Under the pieces are notes generated by a model. That model had not been told where the DNA came from and made no database searches. It saw nothing but the letters and a program-made list of their open reading frames with translations. From Escherichia phage outra, in the sequence record MN850645.1: a stretch of 64,000 nucleotides of DNA; one strand, 5' to 3'. Below are positions 53,506-62,636 of this stretch, piece after piece (position 1 is the stretch's first letter; every line of letters begins with the position of its first letter). The position numbers and the translations under genes were made by a program.

Positions 53506-53923
53506 TACTTAAAATCTCCTCTTTTGTGATTTCAGGGTCTTCTTCAAAAACCATAATATCTCTTAAGAACGTTAATTCTTCCATAGATACTGGTATTGTA
53601 TCTTCTTCTGTTTTTCGTTTACATAAATCGTCAAGAAAGTTTTTAAAGTTTTCTGACAAATCGTAAAATTTCAACAGTTGATAATCACAGGAGGAGATCC
53701 TACCCAGTTCTAACATTCTTTCTAAGATATTTTCTGTGTTGCCATACAGCACACGAACTTCTCCGAAAGGGTTGACTGAATATTGTGAAGTTCTGAACCA
53801 TCCCTTTTTAGATACAGTGTAACGCTGTTCTGCTAAACTTTCAATAAAATTTTTAGCTCTTTTACAGTTTTGTTCTAAAGAGTAGTAGGCTTTTTCTACA
53901 AAGGTTACAGGTACTGGTAACAT
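53495..53923 (-). CDS. hypothetical protein (142 aa)
   Basis: AGGAGGAG SD. Confidence 0.5.
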   Translation of the reverse strand: MLPVPVTFVEKAYYSLEQNCKRAKNFIESLAEQRYTVSKKGWFRTSQYSVNPFGEVRVLYGNTENILERMLELGRISSCDYQLLKFYDLSENFKNFLDDLCKRKTEEDTIPVSMEELTFLRDIMVFEEDPEITKEEILSSGK

Positions 53924-53964
53924 ATCTCCTCCTAATAACCCCCTTGCGGGGGGTTTATACTAGA

Positions 53965-54618
53965 TTAATTATCAGAGGACACTTTATCAAGTTTTTCAGA
54001 GACTGTCAATACTTTTTCTTGTGATTCTTTCATTTCTGCTAAAATACTTTCAGCTTCATCACTATCAGGATCACCAGTCAACAGCATACTAATTAGTTGC
54101 TCCTTGCTGAAGTTCAGAATATCTTCCGCTGTTAACTCCAGTTGTTCTTCGATCTCTTCGATAAAAGTTTCACCGCCTGAAAAAGCATCTCGCAGTTTTG
54201 CAACTTCCATCGCTTCTTCTGGGGTTGCCCCAGCGTCTAAAGCTGCTAAAGCAAAATCTGCCCCACTACCAACAGCATAATAATCTTCAGTTAAAGGATA
54301 TGCTCGCGTTGGATTGTTACCCTCGTGCATATAAATTTTACCATCTGGGTGAACAACTAATGCCACAAACTCTTCATCTTCTTTATCAGGATCTGACTGG
54401 ATCACCAAACCTGGGATTGTCTCTTGTGCTGCTTGGCATTGTAAGTTTTGTTCGAACCAAGAAAAGAAAGTCAGGATAGAAGACAGACGTCCTGCACCAC
54501 CAACAAGGTAATCCCCAATTTTACGCACTTTCTTGAAATTTAAAGTGTCTACACGACTACCTACTGTTACTTTACCGTCAGACAGAATTTTGTTACGTGT
54601 TGCAATAATTGTTGTCAT
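53965..54618 (-). CDS. HslV-like proteasome-family Ntn hydrolase
   Basis: N-terminal MTTII (Thr directly after Met), KKVRK, GGAG, YYAVGSGADFALAALDAG blocks align with HslV; extra acidic C-terminal tail of about 50 aa. Confidence 0.6.
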   Translation of the reverse strand: MTTIIATRNKILSDGKVTVGSRVDTLNFKKVRKIGDYLVGGAGRLSSILTFFSWFEQNLQCQAAQETIPGLVIQSDPDKEDEEFVALVVHPDGKIYMHEGNNPTRAYPLTEDYYAVGSGADFALAALDAGATPEEAMEVAKLRDAFSGGETFIEEIEEQLELTAEDILNFSKEQLISMLLTGDPDSDEAESILAEMKESQEKVLTVSEKLDKVSSDN

Positions 54619-55109
54619 TGTACTTCCTCCTGTAGTGTTTTAAGGACTGCTTTACCACCGCTTACATATTTACGGAGGTAATCAATAGCTCTTAGTGTTT
54701 CTTTATCCACAAGAATTTTATTAGTTCTTGTTAGTGGATGATTTAGTAAATCACTGCAATTTCTTACTAACATAGATTTCTTGTGAAAGATACTGCTAAG
54801 AAAAAGAAGTTTAGAATCTTCTTCATCAATCAGGAGTAATTCTGAATTAGACCCAGCTATATTTATTATACACTCAAACAAGCCTTCTTGACTATCAGAT
54901 AATTCCTGGTAATATTTAGTTAGCCAATCCTCGCCTTTTAACCAACTAAAAAACATCTGAACTTTTTGCAAAGTTGTCATGTTCTCTAAACGAAGAGATA
55001 TCTCTTTTTCAATCTTGTCAATATAAATCTGTCTAAACTCATTCGGCTTAACTAAGCCAGCTTGATAGCATTCATCAATACCATTGCGATCAATCTCAAT
55101 TAGCGTCAT
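54615..55109 (-). CDS. hypothetical protein (164 aa)
   Basis: 4-nt overlap with HslV-like gene. Confidence 0.5.
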   Translation of the reverse strand: MTLIEIDRNGIDECYQAGLVKPNEFRQIYIDKIEKEISLRLENMTTLQKVQMFFSWLKGEDWLTKYYQELSDSQEGLFECIINIAGSNSELLLIDEEDSKLLFLSSIFHKKSMLVRNCSDLLNHPLTRTNKILVDKETLRAIDYLRKYVSGGKAVLKTLQEEVQ

Positions 55110-55145
55110 TTAACCTCCATAACAGGCATCCTTGCCTTGTAATTA

Positions 55146-55898
55146 TTAATATACTTCCGTGATGAACTGAGACAAACGGGAACGTTGGTTATCAGCAGTT
55201 GTCATTTCAACATAACCAATAAAATCCACAATAGCTTCCCTTTCTCCTTCTTCATTAATAGGAACAACACGATCTAACAAATCACCTAACCCGTTAGCTC
55301 TTCGTTTAATTGCATATGTTTGATTAATATCACCCATAATGACAATACGTGTATTAAGACCTGCTCGCTCAAGGAGAAGTTTTACTGTATTTGGTGACAT
55401 AAGTTGAACTTCATCAATAAGAATAATGCTGTTATCCCACGTAGCACCTAGTGCATAGTTTGGAATATTAAGTTCAATTTTGCCACTTGCAATATCGTTT
55501 TCCAATTTATTTGCAGTCATAAACTGTTGGAAAATTCTTTTAGTTGATTCGTAGTGTGCTGCTAGTTTATCAGTCTTATCTCCAGATAAGAAACCAATTT
55601 GATCATCACCTACTTCTGTCGGGTTTTTAAGGAAAATCAACTTTCTGAAATCACCAGCTTTAAGCATTTGCAATGCTTTCCATAGTGCTGTTGTCGTTTT
55701 TCCTGTTCCTGCTGGGGCGTTAACAATGGTTAAATCATTCCAAACCATGCTTCTTACAATAGCTTCTTGATTCCCAACAGGGGTAAATTCATCAAGACGG
55801 TAATCATCATTTCCTACTGCTTTAGCCGCATAACGACTGGCACGTTTGTCATCATTGGCTGCTGATTGACGACGAGCCTTTGCGGTTTTATTTCCCAT
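55146..55898 (-). CDS. phoH: PhoH-family ATPase
   Basis: Walker A NAPAGTGKTT, Walker B ILIDEVQ, IVIMGDINQ; AAGGAG SD. Confidence 0.85.
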   Translation of the reverse strand: MGNKTAKARRQSAANDDKRASRYAAKAVGNDDYRLDEFTPVGNQEAIVRSMVWNDLTIVNAPAGTGKTTTALWKALQMLKAGDFRKLIFLKNPTEVGDDQIGFLSGDKTDKLAAHYESTKRIFQQFMTANKLENDIASGKIELNIPNYALGATWDNSIILIDEVQLMSPNTVKLLLERAGLNTRIVIMGDINQTYAIKRRANGLGDLLDRVVPINEEGEREAIVDFIGYVEMTTADNQRSRLSQFITEVY

Positions 55899-55915
55899 GT
55901 TTGCACTCCTTATAA

Positions 55916-55934
55916 AAGGGGCTTTCGCCCCTTT
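55916..55934 (-). terminator. rho-independent terminator or attenuator
   Basis: AAGGGGC-TTTC-GCCCCTT stem-loop between lysozyme and phoH. Confidence 0.45.
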
Positions 55935-55936
55935 GT

Positions 55937-56437
55937 TTAGTTATAAGCGTCTAATGTTCCAGTTTTAAGCACCTGAATTACACGCTCTGCGCGATTAGGC
56001 GTTTGGCGATACCATTTACTTTTACGTAAATTTATAGAGGCTTGAGTATAATATGAATTACTCACTAAAGTCAAGCTATTTTTGAAAGATTCTGCACCTT
56101 TCAACCCCATTTGAAATACCATATTAATAATAGCCATTTTACGATTAGGACTTACTTTATCGTAAATAGGAGATAATATGGTACTTGAATGGATTTGTTG
56201 TATCGCTTTCTTTACATCACTTTCAAAGATTCTTCTAGCTTCCGCTTCAGTAATAACTCCATTGGTTTTTCTACCTACTAAGTTATCAAGAATGCGTATA
56301 GCTTCTGCTTTATCTTTGAGTTTTGTCAGAAGGTGTCCAATACCAACTGTCCAATACCCTTCGGTATCAGGATATACAGTTAGCTTTAGTCCTTCATCAA
56401 AACGTAACATATCAAACACATCAACTACTTTAGCCAT
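55937..56437 (-). CDS. T4-type lysozyme (GH24 endolysin)
   Basis: MLRFDEGLKLTVYPDTEGYWTVGIGHLL matches the T4 lysozyme catalytic region (Glu, Asp, Thr); 166 aa. Confidence 0.9.
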   Translation of the reverse strand: MAKVVDVFDMLRFDEGLKLTVYPDTEGYWTVGIGHLLTKLKDKAEAIRILDNLVGRKTNGVITEAEARRIFESDVKKAIQQIHSSTILSPIYDKVSPNRKMAIINMVFQMGLKGAESFKNSLTLVSNSYYTQASINLRKSKWYRQTPNRAERVIQVLKTGTLDAYN

Positions 56438-56449
56438 GTTTTCCTTATA

Positions 56450-56593
56450 TTAGTCGCCCTCCCCATGATCTAGCTCTTGAAACAGTAGGTGTTCAGGAGA
56501 CATTTCACGTTTAGGCTTCGTCTTTTTAGTTTGGGACTTAAGCTCTGTTGCCAAAGCACGAGAAAAGATCTTACGTTTCTGTTTACCTTTCAT
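56450..56593 (-). CDS. hypothetical small basic protein (47 aa)
   Basis: hand-translated; GGAG SD. Confidence 0.3.
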   Translation of the reverse strand: MKGKQKRKIFSRALATELKSQTKKTKPKREMSPEHLLFQELDHGEGD

Positions 56594-56597
56594 ATTG

Positions 56598-56864
56598 TTA
56601 CTCCGCAATCTGAGCCATGAATTCACGTAGTTCAGAAAAACCTCCTACGTGGGTTAGCTGTTCACCATCTTCCACAAAAATTTGAGGAAATGTGCGTGGT
56701 AGAACACCTGTTTTCTCTAAAACCAGATTCTGAATCTGATCTAAAGAATAGTCTTCATCTAAGGTAAGGTATTTAAAATCCTGTTCACGCTGTTCTAGTA
56801 GAATCTTAGCGTTAGTGCAGAAAGGACAATTTGGTTTACCGTAGATAATAAAATTCATTTTCAC
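56598..56864 (-). CDS. glutaredoxin (T4 NrdC-like)
   Basis: YGKPNCPFC active-site CxxC, 88 aa, thioredoxin-fold length. Confidence 0.8.
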   Translation of the reverse strand: MKMNFIIYGKPNCPFCTNAKILLEQREQDFKYLTLDEDYSLDQIQNLVLEKTGVLPRTFPQIFVEDGEQLTHVGGFSELREFMAQIAE

Positions 56865-57691
56865 TCCTTGTTTAAAAGTATAGTTAAAGTTTTTACAATA
56901 CCGCTATCAACACTTCGCGGATTTAAAGTAGGATCTGTTTTTAAATAAGATGTTGCTGGTCTGACTGCTTTGGAATTATAGGTTGAAGCAGATACAGGAT
57001 TAACTGTAACAGACAAATCTATAACAAGAAATATCTTTCGTGCAAAATCATACCAAGAAATATAATCTGCACCTGCATAGTGTACAATTTTACTATTTAC
57101 ACCATCTTTTACAAGTTTAAAAATTGTTTCTGCAAGATCAGGTGCATAAGTAGGACATGATAAATGATCACATACTACATTAAATTCTTTTTGACCACCG
57201 TTGTAGCGTTCCAACATAGTTTTCAAAAAGTTATGTCCAAATTCACTATAAACAGAAGCTGTTCTGATAATAAGTGCTGTAGGACAAACTGCTTGTACTA
57301 AAGTTTCACCTAATTGTTTACTGTAACCGTAGGTGTTCAAGGGGTTTGTTTTACTCTCTTCTGTGCCAGCAACATGCCCATCAAAAACATAGTCTGTTGA
57401 AATATGTACAAACTGTATCAGTAAATCATTACATGCTTTGGCAATGTTTGTTGCACCGTATGCATTAACATTTATACAGGTGTTAACATCTTCTTCAGCT
57501 TTATCTACTGCCGTGTAAGCCGCACAATTCACAACAACATCAGGCACGTGCTGTACAAGACTATTCATAACATCTTTAAAGTTGGTAATGTCTATATCAC
57601 TTGCTTCAATCAAAATAACATCTTCGGGCGCAACTTTTGCCAAAGACTGTCCTAATTGACCTTTTGAACCAAAGATTAAAAATTTTGTCAA
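56861..57691 (-). CDS. rmlD: dTDP-4-dehydrorhamnose reductase
   Basis: N-terminal Rossmann FGSKGQLG, 276 aa, operon context after rmlC. Confidence 0.75.
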   Translation of the reverse strand: MTKFLIFGSKGQLGQSLAKVAPEDVILIEASDIDITNFKDVMNSLVQHVPDVVVNCAAYTAVDKAEEDVNTCINVNAYGATNIAKACNDLLIQFVHISTDYVFDGHVAGTEESKTNPLNTYGYSKQLGETLVQAVCPTALIIRTASVYSEFGHNFLKTMLERYNGGQKEFNVVCDHLSCPTYAPDLAETIFKLVKDGVNSKIVHYAGADYISWYDFARKIFLVIDLSVTVNPVSASTYNSKAVRPATSYLKTDPTLNPRSVDSGIVKTLTILLNKE

Positions 57692-58242
57692 AATATCATC
57701 TCCTTTAGTGTTTTGGCTTGCTGATCTTTTTGTGACAAGATAGGTTTAAAATTAATATCATTAAAGATTAAATCAAAACCCCAATCTACATTGATATCTG
57801 GATCATTCCACGCAAGACTACACTCGGAAGTCGGATCGTAATATTCTGTACATTTATATTCAAAATCAGCAATGTCGCTAATCACAACAAAACCATGAGC
57901 GAAACCAGGAGGAATCCAAAATTGTGTTTTATTCTTTTCAGATAAAAGAACACCTACCCATTCTCCAAATGTTGGACTACCAACCCTAATATCTACAGCA
58001 ACATCATAAACTTCACCACGAACACAACGTACTAACTTCCCTTGTGGGTTTTTCTTTTGAAAATGAAGCCCACGTAGAACTCCTCGAATAGAACGTGAGT
58101 GGTTATCCTGGACAAAGTTTTGTTTACCTATGTATTGATCATATAAAGCCTGATTAAAACTTTCTAAGAAAAAGCCACGTTCATCTCCGTAAACGTCAGG
58201 TTGAATGATCAACAAATCTTCGATTTTTGTTGCTTGAATCAT
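57688..58242 (-). CDS. rmlC: dTDP-4-dehydrorhamnose 3,5-epimerase
   Basis: 184 aa cupin-like, RGLHFQ motif, operon context. Confidence 0.75.
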   Translation of the reverse strand: MIQATKIEDLLIIQPDVYGDERGFFLESFNQALYDQYIGKQNFVQDNHSRSIRGVLRGLHFQKKNPQGKLVRCVRGEVYDVAVDIRVGSPTFGEWVGVLLSEKNKTQFWIPPGFAHGFVVISDIADFEYKCTEYYDPTSECSLAWNDPDINVDWGFDLIFNDINFKPILSQKDQQAKTLKEMIF

Positions 58243-58254
58243 TTAATCTCCCCT

Positions 58255-59124
58255 TTATTTTAATTTAAGTAAATACTTGCCGTAGTCTGTTTTACTTAAA
58301 ACCTCTCCAGAACTTTTTACGGAATCTAAAGTAATCCATTCATTTTTAAAAGCAATCTCTTCTAGGCATGCAACCTTCATACCTTGTTGCTTTTCTATTG
58401 CATGAACAAATTGAGATGCTTCCATAAGACTTTCATGTGTTCCTGTATCCAACCAAGTGAAACCTCTTCCTAGCTTACAGACACGTAAAGCCTTTTCTTT
58501 CCAGTACATCTCATTTATATCTGTGATCTCTAACTCCCCTCTAGCAGAAGGCTTAACGCTTTTAGCTTTCTGTATAACAGAATTATCGTAAAAGTACAAG
58601 CCTGTAATTGCATAGTTGCTTTTTGGTGCTTTTGGTTTTTCTTCAATACTTACCACTGTACCTTCAGAATCAAACTCAACAACACCAAACCTTTCAGGAT
58701 CATTTACGTGATACCCAAAAATATTAGCTCCACCATTCTTTTCAATATGTTCTCTAGCAGAATCTAAAATGCTACCAAAACTCTGACCAAAGAATAAATT
58801 ATCACCTAGAACAAGTGCTACAGAATCTTCACCAATAAAGCTCTCACCAATAATAAACGCTTCTGCTAAACCTTTTGGGCTGTCCTGTATTGCATACTGT
58901 AGGGAAACACCAAAAGAAGAACCATCACCTAAAAGATTTACAAAATTAATTTGATCTTCTGGTGTTGTAATTATTAGTATTTCCCTAATTCCAGAAAGCA
59001 TTAGGACAGAGAGTGGATAATAAATCATAGGTTTATCATAAATTGGTAATAGTTGTTTACTAACCCCTTTAGTAACTGGGTAAAGTCTTGTTCCACTACC
59101 ACCTGCTAAGATAATACCTTTCAT
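58255..59124 (-). CDS. rmlA: glucose-1-phosphate thymidylyltransferase
   Basis: [18 protein letters not shown] nucleotidyltransferase signature, 289 aa. Confidence 0.85.
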   Translation of the reverse strand: MKGIILAGGSGTRLYPVTKGVSKQLLPIYDKPMIYYPLSVLMLSGIREILIITTPEDQINFVNLLGDGSSFGVSLQYAIQDSPKGLAEAFIIGESFIGEDSVALVLGDNLFFGQSFGSILDSAREHIEKNGGANIFGYHVNDPERFGVVEFDSEGTVVSIEEKPKAPKSNYAITGLYFYDNSVIQKAKSVKPSARGELEITDINEMYWKEKALRVCKLGRGFTWLDTGTHESLMEASQFVHAIEKQQGMKVACLEEIAFKNEWITLDSVKSSGEVLSKTDYGKYLLKLK

Positions 59125-59132
59125 ACTCCTCC

Positions 59133-60122
59133 TTAAACTTTATTTTCCCACCACTCTTTGTTATCTACATACCAATCAATGGTTGAATAAAGTTTTTCTT
59201 CAAATGTGCCTTTAGCTTTCCACCCTAATTCCTTTTCAATCTTATAAGGATTCACTTCATATCTTAAATCATGCCCAGGCCTATCTGTAACCATCTCAAT
59301 GAGGCTACAAGCATCTGTTTCAGATGGATATACCGCATCCATATAATCGCAAATCATATAGATTACATCAATATTAGTTCTAGGGTTTCTGCTCCCAATA
59401 TTATATGTCTCTCCAGATTTGCCTTTAGTTACTACTAGGTGTAATGCTTCTGCGTGATCGTCAACGTATAACCAATCTCTTACTTGAAGACCATTGCCAT
59501 AAACAGGGATTGGTTTATTCATTAAGATATTTGTTATCGTCTTAGGTATTAGTTTTTCTGGATGATGATATGCTCCAAAATTATTTGAACAATTTGTTAT
59601 AACTGTCGGAATACCATAAGTACGATGCCACGCTCTTACCAAATGATCGCTTGCAGCTTTAGATGCAGCATATGGACTACTTGGTTTATAAGGATTCTGT
59701 TCTGTAAACGGATAATCCCCTTCTTCCATATCACCATACACTTCATCTGTTGAAATATGATGGAACATTTTAAGATTTGATTTATCTCCCATTAAACGAA
59801 CAGCTTCTAGAAGATTAAATGTCCCAACAATATTTGAATTTATAAAAACACTCGGTGATGCTATTGAATTATCTACGTGACTTTCTGCTGCAAGATGCAT
59901 TATATAATCTGGATTAACATCTGCCACAATCTTAGCAGTTAACTGTGCATTTGTCAAGTCAACACGACAAAACTTTACATTAGGTGTTTCTGATAAATTT
60001 CTAGGGTCTGAAGCGTAACCCCATTTATCTATAACGTAAATATCATTCTTAGTATTTTTAGCTAGGAAACGAACTACCGCACTTCCAATAAAGCCTAAAC
60101 CACCTGTTACTAAGTATTTCAT
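59133..60122 (-). CDS. rmlB: dTDP-glucose 4,6-dehydratase
   Basis: TGGLGFIGS Rossmann motif, YAASK (YxxxK) catalytic motif, 329 aa. Confidence 0.8.
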   Translation of the reverse strand: MKYLVTGGLGFIGSAVVRFLAKNTKNDIYVIDKWGYASDPRNLSETPNVKFCRVDLTNAQLTAKIVADVNPDYIMHLAAESHVDNSIASPSVFINSNIVGTFNLLEAVRLMGDKSNLKMFHHISTDEVYGDMEEGDYPFTEQNPYKPSSPYAASKAASDHLVRAWHRTYGIPTVITNCSNNFGAYHHPEKLIPKTITNILMNKPIPVYGNGLQVRDWLYVDDHAEALHLVVTKGKSGETYNIGSRNPRTNIDVIYMICDYMDAVYPSETDACSLIEMVTDRPGHDLRYEVNPYKIEKELGWKAKGTFEEKLYSTIDWYVDNKEWWENKV

Positions 60123-60316
60123 TTAGTCTCCTTCCAATTATTCCCTTCAGTAAAAATAATACCTTCATAAAACAACCATCTGGAACCTTTTTCAACAGGA
60201 ACAGGAAGCTCTTCTTCAGTAAAGTTATAAACCTCTCTAGCATCTTCTAAAAGTGATGCAAATGTTTTTGGACTTACTGTTACGCGAGGAGCATTGATCA
60301 GTTGATCTAGCATCAT
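60119..60316 (-). CDS. hypothetical protein (65 aa)
   Basis: start moved to ATG 60316 with AAGGAGGA SD. Confidence 0.4.
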   Translation of the reverse strand: MMLDQLINAPRVTVSPKTFASLLEDAREVYNFTEEELPVPVEKGSRWLFYEGIIFTEGNNWKETK

Positions 60317-60329
60317 TCTACTATCCTCC

Positions 60330-60656
60330 TTACCAAACGTGTTGAGAAATAATAGTTTCCGTTTCAATGTTATATTTTTCAAGAAGTTGTGCATAGGCTT
60401 CTTTTGCATTTTTATTTAGTTGCTCAAGATCTACAGCTACACTTCCTTCGCCACCTTCTAAATAAATGCCATATATGCAATAAGATTCATCAGCGTCATA
60501 GAAAGGAGAGATACGACTTAAATCAAGACCTTCTTGTAAGAACCAGTTAAAATCTCCATCAAATTCTTCTTCAATTCTAGGATCTTCTCCTACAGCTTCT
60601 TCCCATTTATTAAAAGGTGCGCCCTGTAACATACGCCATTCAATATTAGTTCCCAT
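60330..60656 (-). CDS. hypothetical acidic protein (108 aa)
   Basis: ORF in operon orientation. Confidence 0.5.
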   Translation of the reverse strand: MGTNIEWRMLQGAPFNKWEEAVGEDPRIEEEFDGDFNWFLQEGLDLSRISPFYDADESYCIYGIYLEGGEGSVAVDLEQLNKNAKEAYAQLLEKYNIETETIISQHVW

Positions 60657-60792
60657 TATCTTCCTCTTCTTCTTTTTCTTTAGTATGAACGAAACCTAGA
60701 CCGTTACAATTCCAACAAGGAATAAATTGTTCCATACTAACAATAAAATTCCCAGTACCCCCGCAGATAGGACAAATACTCACACCATCCAT
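60646..60792 (-). CDS. small Zn-ribbon protein (48 aa)
   Basis: hand-translated; CPICGG...CWNCNG. Confidence 0.35.
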   Translation of the reverse strand: MDGVSICPICGGTGNFIVSMEQFIPCWNCNGLGFVHTKEKEEEEDNGN

Positions 60793-60794
60793 TA

Positions 60795-61001
60795 TTAAAG
60801 CTCCTCAATCTTTTCTAACATCTGTTTTAACTCATTCTCTGTTAACAGAATTTCTGTGATACCATCGTAAGTTTCTACCATCAGAGTAAAACATTTTTCC
60901 CCATCCGAACACACAAAAGCACCACCTTCCTCTTCTGTTAAGTCAGAATTAATATCTACATCAACAAAATCAATCATCTTTTTCTCCTTTGATAATTTCA
61001 A
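60795..61001 (-). CDS. hypothetical acidic protein (68 aa)
   Basis: ORF in operon orientation. Confidence 0.45.
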   Translation of the reverse strand: MKLSKEKKMIDFVDVDINSDLTEEEGGAFVCSDGEKCFTLMVETYDGITEILLTENELKQMLEKIEEL

Positions 61002-61188
61002 ACTTGGCTACACCATTAACTATAATATGACCGCAAGACATAACTCCTAGCCAATGATCACCATTCTTTTTTAAACGTTTGCCGTAAACATCACAGAAAC
61101 CATTCTGTAATTCGGAAGCCTCGTAAGAGGCTCCCTTTTCGAAAACGTCTTTGAAGTCAGAAATTAATCCAACACAAAGTAGTTTCAT
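60970..61188 (-). CDS. hypothetical protein (72 aa)
   Basis: ORF in operon orientation. Confidence 0.45.
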   Translation of the reverse strand: MKLLCVGLISDFKDVFEKGASYEASELQNGFCDVYGKRLKKNGDHWLGVMSCGHIIVNGVAKFEIIKGEKDD

Positions 61189-62273
61189 TAAAAGTCTAAC
61201 TCCTCGTCATCACTTACATCTTTATTTGCTGAATTCAGTTTGTAAGCTGTAATTTGGATCTCCTGTGCTGCTGCTTGAATTTGATCTGGATTTAACCAAA
61301 CATCCATCCAAGGCAGTGGACTTTTCTTCGGTGCACGGAATTTGTGTTTCATTTTCAGTCTGCGATAGATAGGTGCAGCATTGAAGTAAACCCAAAGTTT
61401 GAACAACTCTGCGTTACCACCAACGATAACCCTTCCTTCACTAAACAGATAGTCACACCAATCTTCCTCTTGTCCAACTACCGTATCGAGAATTTCTGTC
61501 AGAACGTCGATATTGTCTTCGTATACTTTTCTCCAGACAGGATCTTTCAGCAGTGCATCAATAATAGCATAATCCATTTTAACGTGCAATAGTTCATCCA
61601 ACATAATTTTTTGAATGAGTTTAGCTGCACCTACAAACAATTGCTGCTCTGCTAAGGCAAATGTTGCAGCAAAAGAGGAGATGAACTGAATACCTTCCAG
61701 ACCGATAAGTGCAATCATTCCTTTCAGGATCAGTAGACGAAGGTTATCATCCTTCTCAATCAGACCTAGAGCATATTTATGTCCTGCCTCTGCCAGATCA
61801 CTCATTATCTCTTCAACTATACCCATCCTCTGGAAGATTCTTTCATTCTCCATGATCTGATCGATAACTTCATTTGGATTAGGGATACACTGACGAATAA
61901 TTTCAGAATATGTCAAAGCGTGTAAAACTTCCATTTCTGATTGCTTCATCATCATTGCACATGCTTCGTTGTTACTTAAAAATGGTGCAAACAAAGTGAT
62001 GATTGATTTAGCAAGTGAATCATTTTCCCATTGGAAAGATAGGTTTTTGATCATAACATCATAGTTGCTTTTAGAACAAGCTACGAAATCTTTTCGTGTC
62101 TGATCTAAGTTTACTTCGTTTTCATCCCAATCTTGCTGTTTTTGTAGTTTGTACAGACGATGCATTTCTGGGTATGTTACATTAATAGAATCAAAAATAC
62201 CTAACTGTTCGCCCAAAAATACAGGGTAGAAACCTTCTTTGTAAGTGTCGTTGTATAAATTAATTGCTGCCAT
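61188..62273 (-). CDS. nrdB: ribonucleotide reductase small (beta) subunit, class I
   Basis: di-iron ligand blocks EVLH and LEGIQFISSFAATFALAE...LDELLH, acidic C-terminal tail. Confidence 0.85.
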   Translation of the reverse strand: MAAINLYNDTYKEGFYPVFLGEQLGIFDSINVTYPEMHRLYKLQKQQDWDENEVNLDQTRKDFVACSKSNYDVMIKNLSFQWENDSLAKSIITLFAPFLSNNEACAMMMKQSEMEVLHALTYSEIIRQCIPNPNEVIDQIMENERIFQRMGIVEEIMSDLAEAGHKYALGLIEKDDNLRLLILKGMIALIGLEGIQFISSFAATFALAEQQLFVGAAKLIQKIMLDELLHVKMDYAIIDALLKDPVWRKVYEDNIDVLTEILDTVVGQEEDWCDYLFSEGRVIVGGNAELFKLWVYFNAAPIYRRLKMKHKFRAPKKSPLPWMDVWLNPDQIQAAAQEIQITAYKLNSANKDVSDDEELDF

Positions 62274-62595
62274 TTAAATCCTCCACAATATCACACATTG
62301 CTTTTATTGTATCAATGTGTTCTTTCTCCATACCATGCTCTATGTAAGCCTTCTCTAATGCGTTCCATACACTCTTTGTGAGTAGTACAGTAACTTCTCC
62401 CTCATATCTTGCCCTGGTTAAAGCATACCAGGTAGCTATGGGATCATTGGAAGCCCATATTTCAACACTGGAAAATTGAAAACCTGCAATATAATGACAA
62501 CACCAATCGAATGTAAAATCTTTACTATCTACCAGTGTATAATTGCCCCAACGCCTTTGTGGTGTTGCCCCAGGTAATACAACTAATGTAGGCAT
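62260..62595 (-). CDS. hypothetical protein (111 aa) between nrdA and nrdB
   Basis: start moved to ATG 62595 with AAGGAGGAAT SD. Confidence 0.45.
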   Translation of the reverse strand: MPTLVVLPGATPQRRWGNYTLVDSKDFTFDWCCHYIAGFQFSSVEIWASNDPIATWYALTRARYEGEVTVLLTKSVWNALEKAYIEHGMEKEHIDTIKAMCDIVEDLNGSN

Positions 62596-62636
62596 ATTCC
62601 TCCTTAAGAAATGGGGGACAAAGCCCCCTAGCTTCA

